Part shown: positions 58,312-64,000 of the stretch, one piece after another
How positions within the stretch are numbered: position 1 is the stretch's first letter
Layout: each line of letters opens with the position of its first letter
DNA from: Candidatus Heimdallarchaeota archaeon
GTDB lineage: Archaea > Asgardarchaeota > Heimdallarchaeia > Hodarchaeales > Hodarchaeaceae
Length of the DNA: 64,000 nt
Direction of reading: 5' to 3'
NCBI GenBank assembly: GCA_020353515.1
Contig: CP070695.1
Location: 2,247,155 to 2,311,154 of the forward strand
The notes under the pieces: model-generated
Seen by the model: the letters and a program-made list of their open reading frames with translations, nothing else
Database searches by the model: none
Told to the model about the DNA's origin: nothing
Position numbers and translations under genes: made by a program

Positions 58312-58812
58312 TTAATATTCAGCAGTTTCAGGAATTCCTGCAGATGTTGCTGTTTGGAGGAATTGATGAAGTCCTGATAATCCATCTTTGAATTCTTGTG
58401 TTGTGAGAGGGGCTTGACCATATCGTGCTTTTTCAAAGGCCATTACAATCGCGTTGATAGCACTGGGATCTATATCACCACGATTCATAAGTTTCACACC
58501 TAATTGTCGTGCTGATTCGTTAGGTGCTCGGCCAACCCCAAGGAATCCCTCAGAGGCAAGTGTCATGGTTTGCCACATAAGGACTGATGCTTCTCGGAAC
58601 ATCTGTTGTCGTGCGAGTTGCCGAATTTGAACAAGCCGTTGTTCGATCTCTTGTTCAAGAATCGTCTTTTTTACGCCACCTACTCCTATTGCTTCTACAA
58701 TTTGTTTTCGGAAATAGAATAGTAGAAAGCCAACAACGATTAAAACGCCTAAACCAAATATAAAGATAAGTTCTAATTGAGCAAAGAAACCAATTCTGTT
58801 CATTCTTATCAC
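58312..58812 (-). CDS. DUF4129-like membrane-anchored protein
   Basis: N-terminal TM; R..NES.R...FEKARYG. Confidence 0.82.
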   Translation of the reverse strand: MIRMNRIGFFAQLELIFIFGLGVLIVVGFLLFYFRKQIVEAIGVGGVKKTILEQEIEQRLVQIRQLARQQMFREASVLMWQTMTLASEGFLGVGRAPNESARQLGVKLMNRGDIDPSAINAIVMAFEKARYGQAPLTTQEFKDGLSGLHQFLQTATSAGIPETAEY

Positions 58813-58978
58813 AAATCTCTTTCTGTTTATATTAGATAGTAATTTTCCTGATCTATCTAGATTTCTAGAGTTATCATTTATTTTTTAACCTTTATCTCCT
58901 TTCTCATATATATTATTTCTTTAATGGATCTAATTATTATCTCGACATTATTTAATTCTTTGTAACCAAATTAAAGTT

Positions 58979-61900
58979 TTATCCACCTCGCATAGCTCTA
59001 ATTCGTTCGTACAGCGCGGCTAATCCCACTCCACCACCAAAAGCAAGTACTGGAGACGCAAGAAGCAACACAATGTTGGTAAATGGATTTGGAGGGCTAG
59101 GATGAATAATAGTAAAGGAATCCGAAATAACCTCTTGGTTATTTCCTGTTTTATCACGAATTAGAATTCTAATAGAATATACACCTTCAGGTAGCTCTGA
59201 AGTATCAAAGACGAGGGTTGCTTGAGAATTCGTTGCTGAAATGTTACTACCAGTATCTCCGTATCGAACAGTGACTAAAACGTTATCAGTTGCATTACGA
59301 AGCTCAAACGTCAGTGTATCCAAATAAATACCTGTTTCAATATCATCGTATGAAACCGTAATCATAACTTCCTCATCTACCTCTAGAAGTAGGTCATCAG
59401 TGATTTCCATGTTTGGTGCAGTATGATCAAGGTTTACATCTAAAGAGACATTCCCTTCATTCCCCGCTAAATCGCTGAAGGTTACTAGAATCGTCCAGTC
59501 CTCATATCCACTGAAAGAATCATTGCGATGAAGAAGATCAAGGTCATCAGGATTAAGGATGATACCCCAATCATATGAAAAACTATTGTCAGTGACAGTA
59601 ATGCTCTTATTCATTTCAATACTGTCCCTCTGGGAATTTACAATGAAAAGACGAGCAGAAGCATCATTAAATCCAAAATTCAAACCTGTATTAGAATTAT
59701 TAGCTTCAACGGTGCCTGAAATTATGACAAGTCCATCTGAATCAACATCTAGATATCCATTTTCGTTTTCTGTGACATATATCGTCCCTGTTGGTGCAAC
59801 TACATCAAAAACAACATCAATCCCGTATATATTCCAATTATGTGCTTCATCAGAGGCAAATATAAGAATAGTATAGGTAATATCTGAGACTGAGGCTTTC
59901 GGGGTGGCCCAATTGTAATAAAATGTGTATTGTCCCATAATTTGATTCATTGTATTATTGACGCCATTAATTTGAACTTTAACAGATCCATTGATTAAGC
60001 CATCTGAAACATCTTGGAGACTGGGATCTATAACAGTCACTCTAATTTCTGTTACATCATTGGGAAGGAGGAGAGCAACACCAGGTGAAGTTTCTGTCGG
60101 ACTAATCATTGTAATTTGAGGTGGAGTGATATCAAACACAATCCAATTAAGGTTAATGTAGTAATATTTTGATAATTCCGTACCATTGTCTAACAGATGA
60201 CAAAATTTCCAAATCCATGTGTCATTCTCCAATCCTGTAAACGAATAATCAAGAGTAAAGGAACCAGCATTAGGATCGTCAAGTACAGGTTGAGGTAGAG
60301 GAGAAATGGTATCGTTCCATGTGGTGTTTATCCATTTTCCTCCCAGTCCTCGGTCTGAGGAATCTGTAAGATTTCCCCTGATAGTAATATCACGGTTTTG
60401 TACCCCTGAAACAATGATGATCGTGTTACTCGTCAACGCTATTGTGGTGTCATTGAAGGGGAAATAAATTTCTAATTCTATTTCGTAATCCCAGTAAATG
60501 TATATTGGGGTCTGATTATAATTTACGCGATAATGAAGGAGGCCAGGATTAGTAATATTCAACCTTATGGATAATGTGTCTTTATTGTAATTATAAGGAA
60601 TTTGATAAGATATATTATAAGTTCCATCAGCATTTGGGCTTGCAATAGCAGCTATCCCTATCTCATGAGTTCCATTCCAACCAATAACACGCAAATTGTT
60701 CGTCAGTTCAGTAAACGTGGATGAAAACGGATTGATAAGAGGTTCCGAATCAATGGGTAAGCCTTGATCATCAATTAGCGTTCCTGAAATAGTCACAGAT
60801 CCACCTACAAAAACAAAACGAGAGGTTCCATTAAAGTTACTAAGAGTAAAATTACTAAGATCGATGGTGGTAACAACTCGAGTTTCATTAACCCCCTCGC
60901 GTCCTTCTCGTGGAGTAGGTGGGGTTGGGTCAAAGCCAAAAATCGTAACATTATCCCCCAGAGGTGTAGTAGCAGGTAAAGTAATAACTGCTGAAAATTC
61001 GCCTTGAGTATCAGTCATTACATTATTATCTAGGAGGACCCAATCTTGATTGGTGTGGTTCATATAAAGATATATTAGTTCATTTTGGACAGGATCTTGA
61101 GTATTGTCCTTATAGGTGCCTTCAATGGTAATTTGGGAGGTTCCTCGGTAGACTTCAAAAAGTCCAGATGTGATGTTAAATCCTGCATCTGGATGAGAAG
61201 GATCTGTCACGCCTCCACTCGGAATCCATACTCTAATTAAATCAATATTCTTAACTTCAAATACTGTTGACACATAAGAATAGTTTCCAGTAACATCAGT
61301 ACCATTCACCCAAACACCAGCTAATTTTCCTGATGGAACAGTAGAAGGATATGGTGAGGTGAAATTATAAATTCGATCCTTTAGACTTCCAAAATCTGCT
61401 GTTACGGAAAGAGTATACATAGCTTCGGGCGTCATCCCAGTTGCATTCATCTCGATATAAAAAATAACACTACTATCGACTGAATCTTGATACCATATGG
61501 GTGAAACGTCCATTTCCCAATCTGCGGGATCTGTATTGTTGATCTGGATAGAAATGTTAAGACCATCAATGTCGGGGAATACATCCCCCCCTGGATAATT
61601 TAGTTTAAGTCTGAATTCTGTCATAAGGACTTCATTATGTTGAACCAGGGTCGCATTTGGAGGATTAGTGGTAGGAATGTAGACGTATCCAGTGAAATAC
61701 TGGGGTCGGACTGTGATTCTTCTTGTGATTTCAGAATAGGAGCTATTTGAGCGGAAATCTGGTCGTACACCTTTGGAACCGACATACCATTTATCATAGG
61801 AATCATTTTCAAAATCAGCAGTTACTTTGAAATTAATATTAAGGTTCTTTGGAGTTGTGCCATAGGTAGTAGTGAAAGTTACAGCTATCCTTCCAGAACC

Positions 61901-64000
61901 ATCAGTATAATAATATCCTGATCTTAATGGATCTACCGCTCCAGCAGTATGAATAGCAAGAGTAACCCCCTGATTCTTCATCGAAGTATAATCAAGGAAA
62001 GAGATATTTACATAAACATTACTTAGAGGAGTTGCTACTTCATCGTTAACCTGGAATGTCGTAATTATTGCATCACCAGGACGAATATAGGTATCTTGTG
62101 ATTCATTCGTAAATGCAAATAAGACTGTACAGTTATTAAAGGCAGGATCAATGGTGATATCAGTCTTCTGGGTGTCACGCCAAGTTTTATTGAAATTCTG
62201 AAGAGTGTCCGCCCATCCCCAATCATTAATTGCATTTGAGTTTCCTATCCATCGTAAATTCGAATCATTTTCAAAATCAACAGTTATATCCAAGGGTACG
62301 CTTTGAATGTATTCGGTTGTTTCAAGATAAGTTGAGGTGATCTTCACAAAGATAAACCCATTCACATCTGTAAAACGATAATTACCCCAAGCAATAGTGT
62401 TATTTGAATTCAAATAGACACCAGGAATAGATGTAGCTAACTCAATTTTAACTGGTACATCGGCAAAGGTGTCAGAAGTTTGGGTCGAGAAGACTTCATA
62501 TCGGACTAACGCACTTTGGCCAGGACGTATATTAGTGGTATTTGACCAGTTATATTGGATATTACCCACCCAAAAGTCTGGATTAATACTAACATCGTCA
62601 TCAGTTGAAATGGATAGAGTGTCTCCAGTACCCCGCAAGAAACGATGAGGTAGACGATAAGTATCAGCGATGTAGGGATAGCTTGGTTTGTCAATACTCG
62701 TCAGATTCGCAGTAATATTGATATTTGAAACAATGTCTGAATATAAAATGGGATACTCAGCTGTAATATTAAATCCTATATATCCAGTGGAATTTGTGAG
62801 GTAATAGCCTGGGGTTCCACTGAATGCAAAACCCGATGCTATAGTCAATGTCACGCCTGCAGGATAACTATCTAATGTAGCGTTTACAGGAATGTCTCTA
62901 AGGTAATAATAAGGCTGGGTATCATAAGCATATTGTGCACGAACACGAACAGCTACAATAGCAGTTTCAACATTTGGAGGATCTATCTCCCAAGTGGGAG
63001 GTACCGCTTGAAGTTCAATGAAGTCTACATAATCCCATTCATTTAGGACTGTGAAATTGGCAGTTGTACTGGTAGTAGTTTCAAAGTTTTCAGTTAAAAA
63101 TTGTGTCCTTGAAAAATCTGCTGTGACATTGAAGTAGTACTGCTCCTCTGGAGTAGAATCCGAAGTATTGACAACTAATTTTAGTTGACCATCGACATTT
63201 GTAGTGTCATTTGGAGTTCCATATACAGCGTCTCTAAGCTCAAACTGAATACCAAGTGAAGCAGGATCCGTTATTTTACTGTTGTTACCCTTGAAGTGTA
63301 ATCCACTAACCGTAACAGTGACATTTGTTATACCGGTACCACCTGAGTCTGCTGTGAGCATGGTTGTTGCATTTTCTCCTTGACGAAAAGTTTCATCATT
63401 ACTAGCATCATTAGTAAAATCATCAGAGGTGAATGTTGCAACCGAACTTACTTGGAACCTGTCAGTTTTATAAATATAATAATCACTTCCGATACTTGAT
63501 TCAGATACATTTAAAGCAGGGTAATATTGAAATATTGTGACATTGTCATCAGATAGAATCCCCATGGAATTTAGAGTAGCTATATCAGGAATTGTAAAGG
63601 TTGTATTGATCCATCCTACTGTTGGATCATTAGAAAAAGCAGTCGCCCCTGTTGTTCCATTTGTTGTTGCTTTGTGATCAGCATAATATATACAATTTGC
63701 TGTATTATTACCGATAAAGTTTCCCTCTCCATCAGTTTTATTGATTTCAGTGAGTATTTGTTGAATGGTCCAACTAGTTTCTTCAAACAGAAAAAAGTAA
63801 ACATCTTGGTCAACTACACATAGGGAAGGATATTGTCTGAGATTGAACCAATTGCTGATCCAGATTGTACTTCCAGGAAAATATTGTGGTAGAGGATTTA
63901 TAATATCGTTTATGCTGCCTCGTGGAGGGTGAGTATTTCTTAAGGGTGGAATGATACCCGTTTGAGGGGTATCAATTGATGAAAGAATATTTTCTTGTAA
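58979..64000 (-). CDS. Giant surface (glyco)protein with tandem Ig-like repeats and C-terminal TM anchor; >1670 aa, 5' end outside the window
   Basis: Reading frame stays open from the tracked ATG (63565) to base 64000; repeats IRPG..TD..G.I..T..VTADF, Big-type D...P motifs, many N-x-S/T sequons. Confidence 0.9.
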   Translation of the reverse strand, partial: LQENILSSIDTPQTGIIPPLRNTHPPRGSINDIINPLPQYFPGSTIWISNWFNLRQYPSLCVVDQDVYFFLFEETSWTIQQILTEINKTDGEGNFIGNNTANCIYYADHKATTNGTTGATAFSNDPTVGWINTTFTIPDIATLNSMGILSDDNVTIFQYYPALNVSESSIGSDYYIYKTDRFQVSSVATFTSDDFTNDASNDETFRQGENATTMLTADSGGTGITNVTVTVSGLHFKGNNSKITDPASLGIQFELRDAVYGTPNDTTNVDGQLKLVVNTSDSTPEEQYYFNVTADFSRTQFLTENFETTTSTTANFTVLNEWDYVDFIELQAVPPTWEIDPPNVETAIVAVRVRAQYAYDTQPYYYLRDIPVNATLDSYPAGVTLTIASGFAFSGTPGYYLTNSTGYIGFNITAEYPILYSDIVSNINITANLTSIDKPSYPYIADTYRLPHRFLRGTGDTLSISTDDDVSINPDFWVGNIQYNWSNTTNIRPGQSALVRYEVFSTQTSDTFADVPVKIELATSIPGVYLNSNNTIAWGNYRFTDVNGFIFVKITSTYLETTEYIQSVPLDITVDFENDSNLRWIGNSNAINDWGWADTLQNFNKTWRDTQKTDITIDPAFNNCTVLFAFTNESQDTYIRPGDAIITTFQVNDEVATPLSNVYVNISFLDYTSMKNQGVTLAIHTAGAVDPLRSGYYYTDGSGRIAVTFTTTYGTTPKNLNINFKVTADFENDSYDKWYVGSKGVRPDFRSNSSYSEITRRITVRPQYFTGYVYIPTTNPPNATLVQHNEVLMTEFRLKLNYPGGDVFPDIDGLNISIQINNTDPADWEMDVSPIWYQDSVDSSVIFYIEMNATGMTPEAMYTLSVTADFGSLKDRIYNFTSPYPSTVPSGKLAGVWVNGTDVTGNYSYVSTVFEVKNIDLIRVWIPSGGVTDPSHPDAGFNITSGLFEVYRGTSQITIEGTYKDNTQDPVQNELIYLYMNHTNQDWVLLDNNVMTDTQGEFSAVITLPATTPLGDNVTIFGFDPTPPTPREGREGVNETRVVTTIDLSNFTLSNFNGTSRFVFVGGSVTISGTLIDDQGLPIDSEPLINPFSSTFTELTNNLRVIGWNGTHEIGIAAIASPNADGTYNISYQIPYNYNKDTLSIRLNITNPGLLHYRVNYNQTPIYIYWDYEIELEIYFPFNDTTIALTSNTIIIVSGVQNRDITIRGNLTDSSDRGLGGKWINTTWNDTISPLPQPVLDDPNAGSFTLDYSFTGLENDTWIWKFCHLLDNGTELSKYYYINLNWIVFDITPPQITMISPTETSPGVALLLPNDVTEIRVTVIDPSLQDVSDGLINGSVKVQINGVNNTMNQIMGQYTFYYNWATPKASVSDITYTILIFASDEAHNWNIYGIDVVFDVVAPTGTIYVTENENGYLDVDSDGLVIISGTVEANNSNTGLNFGFNDASARLFIVNSQRDSIEMNKSITVTDNSFSYDWGIILNPDDLDLLHRNDSFSGYEDWTILVTFSDLAGNEGNVSLDVNLDHTAPNMEITDDLLLEVDEEVMITVSYDDIETGIYLDTLTFELRNATDNVLVTVRYGDTGSNISATNSQATLVFDTSELPEGVYSIRILIRDKTGNNQEVISDSFTIIHPSPPNPFTNIVLLLASPVLAFGGGVGLAALYERIRAMRGG

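Noticed and set aside
63616-63813. 65-aa ORF in the track
   Set aside because: Out-of-frame shadow inside the giant gene, whose frame is open to the window end
1-64000. CRISPR array, transposase/integrase, provirus at tRNA-His
   Set aside because: No regularly spaced repeats, recombinase motifs or duplicated tRNA 3' end seen by eye

Overview
Core-genome window of an archaeon, most likely an Asgard (Heimdallarchaeia/Hodarchaeales-like) lineage. This placement is inferred from the archaeal information genes, a divergent 16S 5' end, an intact RNase III, giant FtsX-type permeases and typical secreted beta-helix/Ig proteins. 1-0.6 kb holds the 5' end of a minus-strand 16S rRNA gene with a long structured leader and its promoter. 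0.6-21.9 kb is a high-turnover accessory region: GNAT, beta-helix protein, VapBC, ABC-2 exporter, regulators, small enzymes, a PAS histidine kinase and several gene remnants. 22-31.2 kb contains a TPR-HEPN gene, Taw2/Trm5 and a rearranged S10-spc fragment (L22..S14) with S19 inverted, then RNase III, a coiled-coil/wHTH protein and tRNA-His with a D-loop intron. 31.4-34.1 kb encodes CobO plus a B12 acyl-CoA mutase with isobutyryl-CoA-mutase signature residues. 34.4-41.8 kb is a duplicated MacB/FtsX-type ABC system. 42-52 kb holds rpoP, SUI1, MetAP2, a coiled-coil protein with three split PRC-barrel-like repeats, Acs and an OFA transporter. 52-64 kb is a co-oriented cluster of a >1670-aa Ig-repeat surface protein, DUF4129, DUF4350, MoxR, DUF58/vWA and two uncharacterised proteins; it is the best candidate for an undescribed system. 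Family assignments come from motif recognition by eye; no searches were run.
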